DNA from: Candidatus Moraniibacteriota bacterium
GTDB taxonomy: Bacteria; Patescibacteriota; Minisyncoccia; Moranbacterales; UBA1568
Assembly: GCA_963778555.1 (NCBI GenBank)
Contig: CAVZUR010000004.1
Location: 26,190 to 90,189, forward strand
Length of the DNA: 64,000 bases
Reading direction: 5' to 3'
The notes below the pieces were generated by a model that saw nothing but the letters and a program-made list of their open reading frames with translations, made no database searches and was not told the DNA's origin. Made by a program: the position numbers and the translations under genes. Every line of letters starts with the position of its first letter. Positions within the stretch are counted from its first letter, which is position 1. Positions 1-10,104 of the stretch are shown here, in pieces.

Positions 1-798
1 GGCCGCCATGTCAGCTGCCGCATCACCCTCGTCGAAACGGATTCGATCGAGACAACCGGCGGCGCGGAACGTCTCGCGCACCTCTTCACGCTTCAGCCGA
101 TCGGCCTCGTTCTTGATCCGGCAGGCGAAGAGGAAGATGAATGGTTCGGCAACCGCCCCATTGAAATGCCGGATGAGCGCTTCGACGAGGTAATCAGTCG
201 CGCCGAGCCGAGTGTATTCGCCGGGGTAAACAACAAGAAAATCATCGCCTAAGAGCCGGTACCGATCAAGGACAGCCTGGCTTTTCGGACGCGGCTGATA
301 GTGATTGAGATCGATGCCGGGATAGATGCGTTCAACATTCGTACAGCCGAGCGCTTCAAGTCTGCGCTTTGTCGCATCCGTATAAACCGTAAGCTGGTCC
401 GCAAAAAGCAGTTGTTTGAGGGCCGCCGGGCCGTACAGATCAGTGCGTAGCGTTGCGATGGTCTGAATCGTTCGGCCTTTTGTCGGTGCCGCAAAGGCGC
501 GGATGATACTGGTATTGAATCGCGTCGGGGTAAAGAGATAGTGTGTTATATCAAAACTGTCACGCTGCGACCGGAGATACCGAAAGAGATCACGCTTGGA
601 TCGGAAGTCAAAGGTGGGGGAAGCATAGATGGGCACTGCCCGGGCCGATGCGGGCAGTTCTCCGAGCGAAGTACCAGCCGAGGTGAGCAGAGTCAAGGCA
701 TGACCCGTCACGCTTTTTCCGAGGAAGTATGCGAAATTCTTCGAGGCCTCGTCCCAGGGAGGTGTAATCGGGCGGGTCGCGAGGAGGACATGCTTCAT
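1..798 (-). CDS. Glycosyltransferase family 4 (partial, runs off window start)
   Basis: Hand translation from ATG 798: MKHVLLATRPITPPWDEASKNFAYFL...VERIYPGIDLNHYQP...VVYPGEYTRLG, a GT-B N-terminal pattern. ATGA overlap with the upstream gene's stop. Not in the ORF track because it has no stop in the window. Confidence 0.8.
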   Translation of the reverse strand, partial: MKHVLLATRPITPPWDEASKNFAYFLGKSVTGHALTLLTSAGTSLGELPASARAVPIYASPTFDFRSKRDLFRYLRSQRDSFDITHYLFTPTRFNTSIIRAFAAPTKGRTIQTIATLRTDLYGPAALKQLLFADQLTVYTDATKRRLEALGCTNVERIYPGIDLNHYQPRPKSQAVLDRYRLLGDDFLVVYPGEYTRLGATDYLVEALIRHFNGAVAEPFIFLFACRIKNEADRLKREEVRETFRAAGCLDRIRFDEGDAAADMAA

Positions 799-1157
799 AG
801 CGAACGATAAATGGTCTCGTCGCGGCCCTCATGCGAAACGGTGATGGTGATACGATCGGATTGTGGCGGAAAATCGACCGTGGGGGCATGAGTGAAGTCC
901 GTGCCCGGCGCGACGGACAGTTCGCCCTCGGTAAGCATCCTCCCATCGCTCGAGATGGTGTAGCGGAAGATATTGCTCGCTGTGTGGTTCGAGACGACGA
1001 AAACGAGACTCGTTTCCTCTCTTGGTTCGGCGAAGGAGAGGCTCCACCAGTTTTTCTCACGGTTCGGATCGAGCCCGCGCTCATTCATCAAAAACAAGTA
1101 CCCTGTGGTCAGGGAAAAAAGGAAAAAAAGGCTCAGCCACAAGCGTTTTTCAGTCAT
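795..1157 (-). CDS. Membrane-anchored hypothetical protein
   Basis: MTEKRLWLSLFFLFSLTTGYLFL: N-terminal TM helix then a beta-rich domain. TATACT lies 12 nt upstream of ATG 1157. Confidence 0.7.
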   Translation of the reverse strand: MTEKRLWLSLFFLFSLTTGYLFLMNERGLDPNREKNWWSLSFAEPREETSLVFVVSNHTASNIFRYTISSDGRMLTEGELSVAPGTDFTHAPTVDFPPQSDRITITVSHEGRDETIYRSL

Positions 1158-1246
1158 AGAGACTCTTCCAGTATACCGTATCCAGCGTGATTTTCCAGGG
1201 TGTAATTGACGCTTCCGAAGGCTCTCTCTATCATGCCGGTACGAGT

Positions 1247-2266
1247 ATGCCTCATGATCCAGCGTCGCCGCCAATTTTTAAGAAAATACCAGTCACACTC
1301 CTGACGGGCTTTCTGGGCGCGGGCAAGACAACATTGCTCAATCACCTGCTTCGGACGAAAACGACTGAGAAAATCGTGGTCATCGTAAATGAATTTGGCG
1401 CCGTTGATATCGACGGAACGCTCGTGGTGGGCGGGGAAGAGCATCTCGTGACACTTGATAACGGCTGTATCTGCTGCACGGTCCGGAATGATCTCATTGA
1501 GACATTGACCGACCTCCTCAAGCGGCGGTTGCAGATGGACGGCGCGGCTCCACTCGAATTTGATCGAGTGGTCATCGAGACGACTGGCTTGGCGGATCCA
1601 ATCCCGCTCATCCAGACATTTATGCTCGATGAAGTGCTCATGACGGCGTATGAAATATCGGCGGTCGTGACCGTGGTTGATGCGTTGCATATCGGCAAGC
1701 AGCTCGGCTATCTTCCGGTCGCGGCGGAACAGATCGCGCTCGCCGATCTCATTCTCTTGAGCAAGACCGACCTTCTTCCAGCAGCGGAGCGGGTGGCGGT
1801 GGAGTCGCGCATTCGGCAGATCAATCCCAGCGCTCTAATCGTATCGGCTGTGATGGGTGCGGTGCCGAATGCGGAACTTTTTCAGGAACGGCGCTTCTTT
1901 TCAGCGCCCCAACTGCCCCAAGCTGAATCGGGACACCTTGATCATGAACGAAGCGAACACCTCGATCAGATTCAAAGCGTCGCGCTCATGACTGATGTTC
2001 CACTTGATCTCGATCGCTTGTATGCCTGGATTGGGGAACTGCAGAACAGTCTCGGCCCGAATCTTCTCCGCTACAAAGGGACCCTTGCGACAACCGAATG
2101 GCCGAAGCAGCGCGCCGTGCTCCAGGGCGTGCATATGCTGTACACCGTCACGCCGGAACGTGCCTGGCAAGACGGCGAAATGCATACGTCAGCCATCGTC
2201 GTTATCGGTCAGGCGCTCGATCCGGTGCAGATCCAAAACACATTTCAAAGGATGGTGACGGGTTGA
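1247..2266 (+). CDS. COG0523/CobW-family G3E GTPase metallochaperone
   Basis: GFLGAGKTT, IVNEFG, NGCICC, IETTGLADP motifs plus a CobW C-terminal domain. Confidence 0.93.
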   Translation: MPHDPASPPIFKKIPVTLLTGFLGAGKTTLLNHLLRTKTTEKIVVIVNEFGAVDIDGTLVVGGEEHLVTLDNGCICCTVRNDLIETLTDLLKRRLQMDGAAPLEFDRVVIETTGLADPIPLIQTFMLDEVLMTAYEISAVVTVVDALHIGKQLGYLPVAAEQIALADLILLSKTDLLPAAERVAVESRIRQINPSALIVSAVMGAVPNAELFQERRFFSAPQLPQAESGHLDHERSEHLDQIQSVALMTDVPLDLDRLYAWIGELQNSLGPNLLRYKGTLATTEWPKQRAVLQGVHMLYTVTPERAWQDGEMHTSAIVVIGQALDPVQIQNTFQRMVTG

Positions 2267-2348
2267 TATTGGCCCGCTACTCTTAACGCTTGCTGAAAAC
2301 TGCCAGCGTGCTATATTCGAAGCACGCATTTTACCAAGGAGAAAAGCG

Positions 2349-2636
2349 ATGAGTGAGACCACTCTCACACCAGTCACAGCCGCCGTTCCGCACGAACAGT
2401 TGATTTCTCTCGTTGAGACATTACTTATCCATCCGAAGGATAAAGTCAGTCTCCTTACGCTCGTTGAGCTCACGCCCGGAAGGACCGAGGCAGATTTTTG
2501 GGCGTCGTGGGCTCAAGCCGGAGATCTCAAGGAAATGAACCACGTCGGTCCGAAGGATCTGTTTCGTCAGCTTGCGACCAGACTGGCCAGCTCTGGAGTG
2601 GTAATGAGGTCACTGCTTCCCGCTGATGGCTTTTGA
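2349..2636 (+). CDS. Hypothetical protein (accessory unit)
   Basis: 95-aa ORF with AAGGAG SD, own promoter (TTGCTG 2290, TATATT 2312) and a downstream terminator. Confidence 0.65.
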   Translation: MSETTLTPVTAAVPHEQLISLVETLLIHPKDKVSLLTLVELTPGRTEADFWASWAQAGDLKEMNHVGPKDLFRQLATRLASSGVVMRSLLPADGF

Positions 2637-2668
2637 ATCTCGCGATCAGCCTCTCGCGAGAGAGTCAG

Positions 2669-2704
2669 AAAAACCCGTATCGAGCAAACGCTCGTACGGG
2701 TTTT
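2669..2704. terminator. Bidirectional intrinsic terminator
   Basis: AAAACCCGTA-TCGAGC-AAAC-GCTCG-TACGGGTTTT hairpin between convergent genes. Confidence 0.7.
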
Positions 2705-2727
2705 CAATATCAAAAGATATTAGATTA

Positions 2728-4650
2728 TCAGGGTGAGCGTTCAAAGATGGCAGCTGTTCCGCTGGAATAGATTTTTGAAAAAGCATCGGTCTTTTCGAAC
2801 TGCGTGCTGTCATAGAGAGGATTGACGACGAGGTAACGGACGCCTGTCTCCCGATAACACCGTTCGCCGCCGGAGGTGTTCGGCGTCGAAATCATGGCAA
2901 GTGAGCAGCGTTCTCGCCGATTGCCGCCTTCTTCATAGCGGCTGAAGAGTCCGCGCGAGAGCGGATAGCCGTAATCGCGGTGGAAGAAGAGCTTCATCCA
3001 CGCATCAGCGGAGAGATAATTGTGGTCCTTCAGGATCATCTCGTTATCGGTGTGGTCGGCGAGGTATTCGGTCGCCGCAAAGGTCTGGACGAGTTCGCGT
3101 GAGCGATCTTTTGCTGTGAGTGAGCTCGCATTATCGAAGGAACCAGAGCCGATGAGAAAGACAGTAACCGCGGCAAGCGTCAGGGCTCGCAGGGAAATAG
3201 GGAGGGTCACGCGCTGCCAGAGCGAGGCCGTGAGCCAGGCGAGAGCAAAGGCCGCTGCAAGTGCGGTTGGATAGGCGAGGTAGCTCCCGATCCGGCTCGA
3301 GGGGATGTCGAGGAGGAGAAGATGTGGGTACATGGCCATGACCAAGAGTATGCCGCCCCAGCCAAGGATGAAGGCGCTCTCGATTGGCCGGCGGCGGATG
3401 GCGAACACGGCGAGCGTCAAGCCATAGAGTCCGAGCGCGACTTTGCCCATGCCGATAGAGTTAGAGACTTGGAGGAAAGACAGTCCCGTGCGGGTGGTTT
3501 TCGTCGGGGTGCCGATGGCGGAATCAATGGCGGCGGTGTCGAGATAGGTGGGGATGGCGACGAGACCCATGAAAAGCCCAGCGATGACGATGAATGACAA
3601 GACCAACGGCGAGACAGCAAGACGCATCCAGTCGCGGATGAAATCCTGCTTCATGCTCATGAGGCTGAGCGCCGTGATGGCAATCGTGCCAGCAAGGATG
3701 AAGGCGAGGACGAGGGTCGAAAGGTGATGGGTATAAGCGAGGATGAACGCGAAGAACAGTCCGAGTGCAATGAAGACGGCCCGCCGCTCGAAGAGCCCGC
3801 GGTAGAAGAGGAGAAGCACGGCGGGGATGAAGAGATTGCCAAAGATATTGCCGACGACTCCGCCAGTCACAAATTTTGTCTGGGGCGAGGCGAGCGCGAA
3901 GAGGGGGCCCAGGATGAGAAGTGCGAAGAGAGCGACATATTCGGGATGAATGTCTTTGGCAAATGGCTGAGCCAATCGAAAGGCGAGGGCGACGACCACA
4001 AGAACAGAAAGGAGATTGATGATATGCAGGAACAGGATCGGGAAGGCGCTCGTCATTGCGAGGCCCGAGAGCTCTGAGAGCAAGGCAAACGGCAAGTGCT
4101 CACCGATGATGAAGTCTGCGATGGCTCGTGGCGGTGCAACGCTCGCTACACCGGTTGCTGGATCGATGACGATCTCGATCTTCTCATAGTTTGGCAGCAA
4201 CTTTGTCTCGCGGATCATCTCGGACCAGTACATGTGATGGCCGAGATCGGTCGCGGTCGGCAGGATGTTCGGTGCGAGGTAGATAGTCCGGATGAAGAGA
4301 GTGAGCGCACAGAGCACCAAGAAAATACGGAGGCCCTGCTTCGTGAAAGTCGGTACGGATTCGATTATCGTCCCAGAGAGCGGTTTCCGTGCCCAGAGCA
4401 TTGCTCCACCGATGAGGGTGAGGAAGAGGAGTGAACCACCGATATACGGCACTGAGAGCGGTAGTCCGACACGGCCGAGGAGGAGCATGATAAGATCGAC
4501 GGCCGCAAGACTCGTGAGGAAGCCGAAGACGATCTCTTCGAGTCTGGAAAATGTACGGCCGAATATCGCCCGCCACCAGATGAAGCCGGGGACGAAGAAG
4601 GCACCAACGAGGGCAAGGAGAAAGGAGGATGTGTGGAAGAGAGTGTCCAT
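2728..4650 (-). CDS. Multi-pass membrane protein, probable GT-C-fold glycosyltransferase
   Basis: Many TM helices, a PTATDLGHHMYW loop after the early TMs, YTHHLS motif and a soluble C-terminal domain, inside a GT cluster. Confidence 0.65.
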   Translation of the reverse strand: MDTLFHTSSFLLALVGAFFVPGFIWWRAIFGRTFSRLEEIVFGFLTSLAAVDLIMLLLGRVGLPLSVPYIGGSLLFLTLIGGAMLWARKPLSGTIIESVPTFTKQGLRIFLVLCALTLFIRTIYLAPNILPTATDLGHHMYWSEMIRETKLLPNYEKIEIVIDPATGVASVAPPRAIADFIIGEHLPFALLSELSGLAMTSAFPILFLHIINLLSVLVVVALAFRLAQPFAKDIHPEYVALFALLILGPLFALASPQTKFVTGGVVGNIFGNLFIPAVLLLFYRGLFERRAVFIALGLFFAFILAYTHHLSTLVLAFILAGTIAITALSLMSMKQDFIRDWMRLAVSPLVLSFIVIAGLFMGLVAIPTYLDTAAIDSAIGTPTKTTRTGLSFLQVSNSIGMGKVALGLYGLTLAVFAIRRRPIESAFILGWGGILLVMAMYPHLLLLDIPSSRIGSYLAYPTALAAAFALAWLTASLWQRVTLPISLRALTLAAVTVFLIGSGSFDNASSLTAKDRSRELVQTFAATEYLADHTDNEMILKDHNYLSADAWMKLFFHRDYGYPLSRGLFSRYEEGGNRRERCSLAMISTPNTSGGERCYRETGVRYLVVNPLYDSTQFEKTDAFSKIYSSGTAAIFERSP

Positions 4651-4654
4651 GGGT

Positions 4655-5740
4655 TTAGTGAGTATTCGTTACGCTTTTCATGAAATCCACAAGGAGGGCA
4701 GCATAGCGTCGGCCGATAACACCCCAGTCGAAATATTCCGCAGTGAACGCCTGGCCGCGAAGCCGCTCTTCCTCTCGGGCGGTTTTGTCACGAAGCGATG
4801 TGATGGCTAGAGCGAAAGCCGGGGCATCGAGCGGTGCGACAAGCCGGCCGTTCTGTCCGTTGCTCACGGCATCGGCGAGACCCTCGAGTCGGGATGCAAC
4901 GACGGGGAGTCCAGCGGCGCTCGCTTCGATCACAGCGATGCCGAATCCTTCCATATCGCCCGGGACGGGGATATTGGGCTGAACGAAAACATCGGCGTTG
5001 GCGAGGAGAACTTTTTTGTTGGCATCATTTACTCGACCGAGGAGATGGACTCGCGCCTTGGCGTTCGTCTCGGTAATCGTCTCTCGAATGACAACTTCCT
5101 CTGGGCCGGAACCGGCGACGACATAGTGGAACTCGGGCGGGAGGAGTGGCAAGACATGGCGGATAAACCAGGCAGCACCCTTGCGTTTAACGAGTCGGCC
5201 GACCGTGAGGAGGATGACAGACTCGGTCGTATCGAATCCGAGGAGACTGGACAACATAGCGCGATCGCTCGGGAAGCGAAAGCGGGCTGACTCGATACCG
5301 TTCGGGATGACGAAGATCTTTGACTCGTCGAAACCGCGCTGTACGGCCTCGTCTTTGGTTGCATGGCTGACGGCGATTGCACCATCGAGACTACGAAACG
5401 CACCGTGGACCCAGAGTTTCTGGTAGAGTCCTGACCGATAGGTAATGTCAAGGCCATGGAGGACGGAGACGACGGCCTTTCTCGGATAGAAGAGCTTGGC
5501 GATAGCGCCCAGGAGTGCGAGGACGCCGTCACCGAGGAGGAGCACATCGTGCCTTGGCAGAAGCCAGATCGTTTGGATGATTGCCCATGGATAAAAGATT
5601 GGGAGGAAGCGTTTCCCGCGGCGATTAGCGATGAGCGTCAGCGTGCACTCCTGGCCAAGAAAACGAGCGAGCTCGGCATTCTGCTGTTCGATGCCACCAA
5701 CGCTCGGAGGGAAGGAGCGAGAGACGAAGAGAATACGCAT
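4655..5740 (-). CDS. Glycosyltransferase family 4 (PimB-like)
   Basis: FPPSVGGIE, VGRLVKRKG, MEGFGIAVIEA motifs. Confidence 0.93.
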   Translation of the reverse strand: MRILFVSRSFPPSVGGIEQQNAELARFLGQECTLTLIANRRGKRFLPIFYPWAIIQTIWLLPRHDVLLLGDGVLALLGAIAKLFYPRKAVVSVLHGLDITYRSGLYQKLWVHGAFRSLDGAIAVSHATKDEAVQRGFDESKIFVIPNGIESARFRFPSDRAMLSSLLGFDTTESVILLTVGRLVKRKGAAWFIRHVLPLLPPEFHYVVAGSGPEEVVIRETITETNAKARVHLLGRVNDANKKVLLANADVFVQPNIPVPGDMEGFGIAVIEASAAGLPVVASRLEGLADAVSNGQNGRLVAPLDAPAFALAITSLRDKTAREEERLRGQAFTAEYFDWGVIGRRYAALLVDFMKSVTNTH

Positions 5741-6694
5741 TTATTTGAGATACTTGTCTTTCTTGATGAGGTAGCTGAGGTCTTCTGTGAGTTTTCGGCT
5801 TGTTTTGATCATATCGGCGATGAAAGCGAAAACGAGGAGCTGAATGCCAACGAGGAATGTGACACTGCCAAAGAGGAGATAATTTAGATACGGTGTCACC
5901 TTGAAATCGTGAGACAGATATTGGACCAGGAAACTGCCGAAGGCAAGAAAGGAAAGCGTGACAAGGATGAGTCCCGGGATGCCAAAAAATTTCATCGGCC
6001 GGACATCGCGCACCGCCTTCAGGATGATGCGAGCGCTATTGTTGACAAAACTGTAGACGCTTTTCACAATCTTGGATTGGCGATCAGCGAAATAAGTGAC
6101 TTGGACCGGCACCCAGAGCACACGTAAGTTCTTCCCGATCGCGTCGATGATCGTTTCTTGCGTGTAGGTGAATCCAGTCGGATTGTTCAAGCGGAGCAGG
6201 GTCTCCCGGCTATGGGCACGAAATCCACACGTCAGATCGACAGTCTGAACATTCAGGAATGAACCAACCAGAGAGGCTCCGAGACGATTGAAGAATTCCT
6301 TGATCCAAGGAATGTTCTTGGCCGTCGATTGGGAAAAACGATCGCCGACGACCATATCGGCACGGTTCTCGATGATCGGGTCGATGAGCAGCTGAATTTC
6401 CTTGGAATCGAATTGACCGTCGGCATCGATATTCACCATGATGTCGGCGCCCTCACGGAGAGCATTTTCGCTCGCCGTCGCGAACATGACGCCGAGCTTG
6501 CGGTTGATAAGATGTTTGAGAACGAAATCCGCTCCTGCCGATTGAGCGACGTGGGCCGTCCGATCCGTCGATCCGTCGTCGACAACCTGTATGAACACCT
6601 CATCGACCCCCCGAAAATGGCGGGGCATGTTTCTCACGGTATCACCGACGACCGCTTCTTCATTGAAAGCCGGAATATTGATGATGAGGCGCAT
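5741..6694 (-). CDS. Glycosyltransferase family 2 (polyprenol-phosphate hexose synthase-like)
   Basis: IPAFNEE, VVDDGSTD, IDADGQF, DLTCGFRA and two C-terminal TM helices. Confidence 0.92.
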   Translation of the reverse strand: MRLIINIPAFNEEAVVGDTVRNMPRHFRGVDEVFIQVVDDGSTDRTAHVAQSAGADFVLKHLINRKLGVMFATASENALREGADIMVNIDADGQFDSKEIQLLIDPIIENRADMVVGDRFSQSTAKNIPWIKEFFNRLGASLVGSFLNVQTVDLTCGFRAHSRETLLRLNNPTGFTYTQETIIDAIGKNLRVLWVPVQVTYFADRQSKIVKSVYSFVNNSARIILKAVRDVRPMKFFGIPGLILVTLSFLAFGSFLVQYLSHDFKVTPYLNYLLFGSVTFLVGIQLLVFAFIADMIKTSRKLTEDLSYLIKKDKYLK

Positions 6695-6697
6695 AGG

Positions 6698-6937
6698 TTA
6701 TTTCTTATGAATAAGCAGTTTCGGATCAAAGCACTGCCACTGGCATTTTTCCTTGACACCCTCGAGGCCAGTCTTCACCAGGTCCGCTTGGCATTGACGG
6801 AGCACCTGTTCGCACTGGGCTTTCCGGTCTGAGAAATACTCCCAGTTGATGCTGTAACCCATAAGCACCAGAAAAAAATAGGCGACGACCGCCATGCCTG
6901 CGAGCCAGATTGCGAGTCGTACAAGGCCGAAGAGCAT
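6698..6937 (-). CDS. Small membrane protein with four Cys
   Basis: 79 aa, N-terminal TM helix, tightly spaced within the operon. Confidence 0.7.
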   Translation of the reverse strand: MLFGLVRLAIWLAGMAVVAYFFLVLMGYSINWEYFSDRKAQCEQVLRQCQADLVKTGLEGVKEKCQWQCFDPKLLIHKK

Positions 6938-6942
6938 AGCGG

Positions 6943-8235
6943 TTATGATCGGCCGATGCCGTGATAGCGGACTCCGGAGCGCGCGAAATCTGACTTGCTG
7001 AAAGCGTTCTTGCCGTCAATGAAGATTTTTACCCCATGTTTTTTGAGGAGTTCAGGTGTTATTGTTTCGCGAAACTCACGGTGATCAGTCGCGAGGATGA
7101 CGGCGGTCGATTTCTTCAACAGATTGACCAGACGCTTTTCAGTCGAGTGGGACGGAACGTGTGGATCATGCGTGATGACGGTTGCGTGGTGTCGCTTGAG
7201 AGCCTCGATAATCTTGAGCGCTGGGGATTCCCGGCGATCATCGATATTCGCCTTGTACGCGATGCCGAGAACGCCTACGATCGTACCGTTCAGAGCCAGT
7301 CGTTCGTCATTTAGGGCATCCTGAAGCAGCTCGACCGCATAGGCCGGCATGCTGTTGTTGATTTCGCGCGCGATCTTTAGGAAGCGGTGATCAAAGCCAG
7401 ATTGTTTTGCACGCTCAATAAGGTAATAGGGGTCGACCGGGATGCAGTGTCCGCCGACGCCGCAGGACGGATAGTGGGCCATGAAAGCGAACGGCTTGGT
7501 CGCGGCGCCGTCGATGACGTCTTTCGTATCGATGCCGAGTACGTCGAAGGATTTGGCCAACTCATTCACGAACGCAATATTGATGTCGCGGAACGAGTTC
7601 TCAACGATCTTCACCGCCTCGGCTTCGCGGATGGATTTCATCGGTCGGATTTCAGCATCGACGATCGATTGGTAAAAATGCAGCGCCTTCTCAAGACCGG
7701 CGGCATCGAACGAGCCGACGACCCGCGGAATATTCGTCACGTTCCATTTCACATCACCGGGGTTGATGCGCTCCGGGCAATGAGCGATGGAAATGTCACG
7801 GCCCACCCGTTTGTTGTGGCTTTCGAAAATCGGCCGAATGATCTCTTCTGAAACGCCAGGATTGACCGTCGATTCCAGGACGACCAAGGCACCTTTTTTC
7901 GCATTGCGGGCAACGAGTTGAGAAGCGTTTATCACGGGGGCCAAGTCAGGGTAGAATGACTCATCGACTGGCGTCGGCACGCAGATGAGGAAGATATCCG
8001 CCGCGCGAAGCTCTTTTTCATCGGTTGTGGGCCGGAATTTGTACCGCTCGATGTTCTCCTTCAAAAAAGGGTCCTCAATAGGTGAGACACCTTTCCGGAG
8101 GAGCGCAATCTTCTCCCGGCTCGTATCGAAGCCGATGACTGAGTATCCGCGCTCGCTCGCTCGAAGTGCGAGGGGAAGACCGACATAACCAAGGCCGATG
8201 ACGGCCACTGTTTCTTTCTTTGCCATAGAGACCAT
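6943..8235 (-). CDS. Nucleotide-sugar dehydrogenase (UDP-GlcNAc/ManNAc 6-dehydrogenase family)
   Basis: GLGYVGLP, CVPTP, ESTVNPG, CPERINPG, GVGGHCIPVDP. The start may be 8226. Confidence 0.95.
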   Translation of the reverse strand: MVSMAKKETVAVIGLGYVGLPLALRASERGYSVIGFDTSREKIALLRKGVSPIEDPFLKENIERYKFRPTTDEKELRAADIFLICVPTPVDESFYPDLAPVINASQLVARNAKKGALVVLESTVNPGVSEEIIRPIFESHNKRVGRDISIAHCPERINPGDVKWNVTNIPRVVGSFDAAGLEKALHFYQSIVDAEIRPMKSIREAEAVKIVENSFRDINIAFVNELAKSFDVLGIDTKDVIDGAATKPFAFMAHYPSCGVGGHCIPVDPYYLIERAKQSGFDHRFLKIAREINNSMPAYAVELLQDALNDERLALNGTIVGVLGIAYKANIDDRRESPALKIIEALKRHHATVITHDPHVPSHSTEKRLVNLLKKSTAVILATDHREFRETITPELLKKHGVKIFIDGKNAFSKSDFARSGVRYHGIGRS

Positions 8236-8356
8236 AGAGATAGGGGATGGGGCTGGCTACGCTAGTCGTATTGTACGGAAAATGCCTATCGGCAGCAAGG
8301 CCGGAAAGAGTAAGTTTGGCTTTAAATAAAGAAAAGAATACAATATCGCTAGACCT

Positions 8357-8965
8357 ATGCTTCTCACGGATTCCATCTTTCGGGCCATCGAACGGGCAAC
8401 CGCGCTCCACCATGGGCAAACGCGGCGGATCACTGGCGTGCCGTATATTGTGCATCCCTATTCCGTCAGCTTCCTCTTGGCGCACCACACCGACGATGAA
8501 TCGGTCATCATCGCGGGGCTGCTGCATGATGTGCTTGAAGACGTGCCGCGGTATACGCGGGAGATGCTAGAGGCGGAGTTTGGACCGAAGGTCGCACGAT
8601 TAGTGGCGGAAGTGACCGAGGATAACTCAATCTATGAGGAGCATCAAGAACTCTCCCATCCCGAGCGTGTCCGACTCAAGAAAGTGGACTACCTCGCACG
8701 TCTCGCGGATGATTCTCAGGGTGCGCTCATGATCGCCGCAGCGGACAAGATTTGCAATACTCGGTCGTTCCTTGCAGAGTATCCGCAGCTCGGTTCAAAG
8801 TTCTGGGAGCTGTATCGTGGGACGCCCGAAAACTATCTTCGATTTTCCCGAGCAGTGAACGCTGTCATTCAATCAAAGTTGGACCATCCATTGGCGGCGG
8901 ATCTCGATCGCGTAACAAAACTTGCGGAAACGCTTATTCAAACTACTGAGTCAACCGTATGCTAA
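8357..8965 (+). CDS. HD-domain protein, Mesh1/small alarmone hydrolase-like
   Basis: HHGQTR...PYIVHP...GLLHDVLED...VTED...ADKICN motifs. Confidence 0.85.
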   Translation: MLLTDSIFRAIERATALHHGQTRRITGVPYIVHPYSVSFLLAHHTDDESVIIAGLLHDVLEDVPRYTREMLEAEFGPKVARLVAEVTEDNSIYEEHQELSHPERVRLKKVDYLARLADDSQGALMIAAADKICNTRSFLAEYPQLGSKFWELYRGTPENYLRFSRAVNAVIQSKLDHPLAADLDRVTKLAETLIQTTESTVC

Positions 8966-10104
8966 TCGGTGTTAACGCGAACTTCTTTTCAAAACCCGCG
9001 ACGGGTATTGGTACGGTGACCATTGAGTTTATGCGCGCGTTGGCGAACCTTCCGGAGGGGAAAGCGCATACGTGGATTTGGTACTACGAGGGTGTCGTGC
9101 CAGTTGGCGAATGGCCAAGCAATTGGCGGTTCCAGACAGTTTCAACCTGGTGGACCCGTGACGATGTTCCGCACCGCTATCTCTGGGAACGCTTTGCCCT
9201 CGTCCGCGCTGTAAAGCATGACCGCTGCGATGCGTTCCTGAGTCTCTACCAGTCTGCGACAAGACTGCCAATGTCGCTCCGGCATGTGATGCTCGTGCAT
9301 GACCTCATCCCGAGGCGCTTCCCGGAATACCTGCGCAATGCTCGCCAGCGCTTTCACTACCAGGCAATCGAACGGGCCATCCGTGAGGTTAGTCACATCA
9401 TTGTTCCTTCGCGTTCGACTCAGCGCGATCTCGAACATTGGATCGCTGTTCCTCAGGCAAAGATAACGGTCGCGCCCCTCGGCGTCGCGACGCATTTTCA
9501 CGGGTTGCTCCCTCTGGATGTCAGAGATGGAATTCTCAAGCGTCATCGGATCAAACCGGGGTACTTGTACCATGGCGGAGGTCTGGAATTACGCAAGAAT
9601 ACTACCCTTCTACTACAAGCATACGCGAAATTAGCGCAGTCAAGCGAAAAGGAGAAACTTCCGCCACTCGTTATTAGCGGTTCAGTACACACTGAAAACA
9701 ATCCCCTCGCGACACCAGTTCGGACGCTTGTGAAAGAGCTTGGGCTCTCTGAACGGGTGCGACTATTAGATTGGGTGCCGGAGGCCGATCTGCCAGCGCT
9801 GTATCAGGGTGCGCTCGTTTTCATTTACCCCTCGCGATACGAAGGTTTCGGCTTACCGGTACTCGAAGCGTTCGCATCCGGCACCCCGGTCATCGCGACG
9901 GCTGCCGGCTCGCTCGCCGAGTTGGTGCATGATGCGGCACTGGTTGTGACAACTGATGATGTCGATGGTTTGGCGCGAGCAATCGAAACACTCGTGGCTA
10001 ACACTGACCTGCGTGCGACTCTCGGACGGCGAGGGAAACAGCGTTCCATTGACTACACTTGGCCGTCTTTCGCTTCCGCGGTCGTGTCCCGCTTGTTACA
10101 ATGA
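8959..10104 (+). CDS. Glycosyltransferase family 4
   Basis: TGIG, HDLIP, RKN, YPSRYEGFGLPVLEA. Confidence 0.93.
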   Translation: MLIGVNANFFSKPATGIGTVTIEFMRALANLPEGKAHTWIWYYEGVVPVGEWPSNWRFQTVSTWWTRDDVPHRYLWERFALVRAVKHDRCDAFLSLYQSATRLPMSLRHVMLVHDLIPRRFPEYLRNARQRFHYQAIERAIREVSHIIVPSRSTQRDLEHWIAVPQAKITVAPLGVATHFHGLLPLDVRDGILKRHRIKPGYLYHGGGLELRKNTTLLLQAYAKLAQSSEKEKLPPLVISGSVHTENNPLATPVRTLVKELGLSERVRLLDWVPEADLPALYQGALVFIYPSRYEGFGLPVLEAFASGTPVIATAAGSLAELVHDAALVVTTDDVDGLARAIETLVANTDLRATLGRRGKQRSIDYTWPSFASAVVSRLLQ

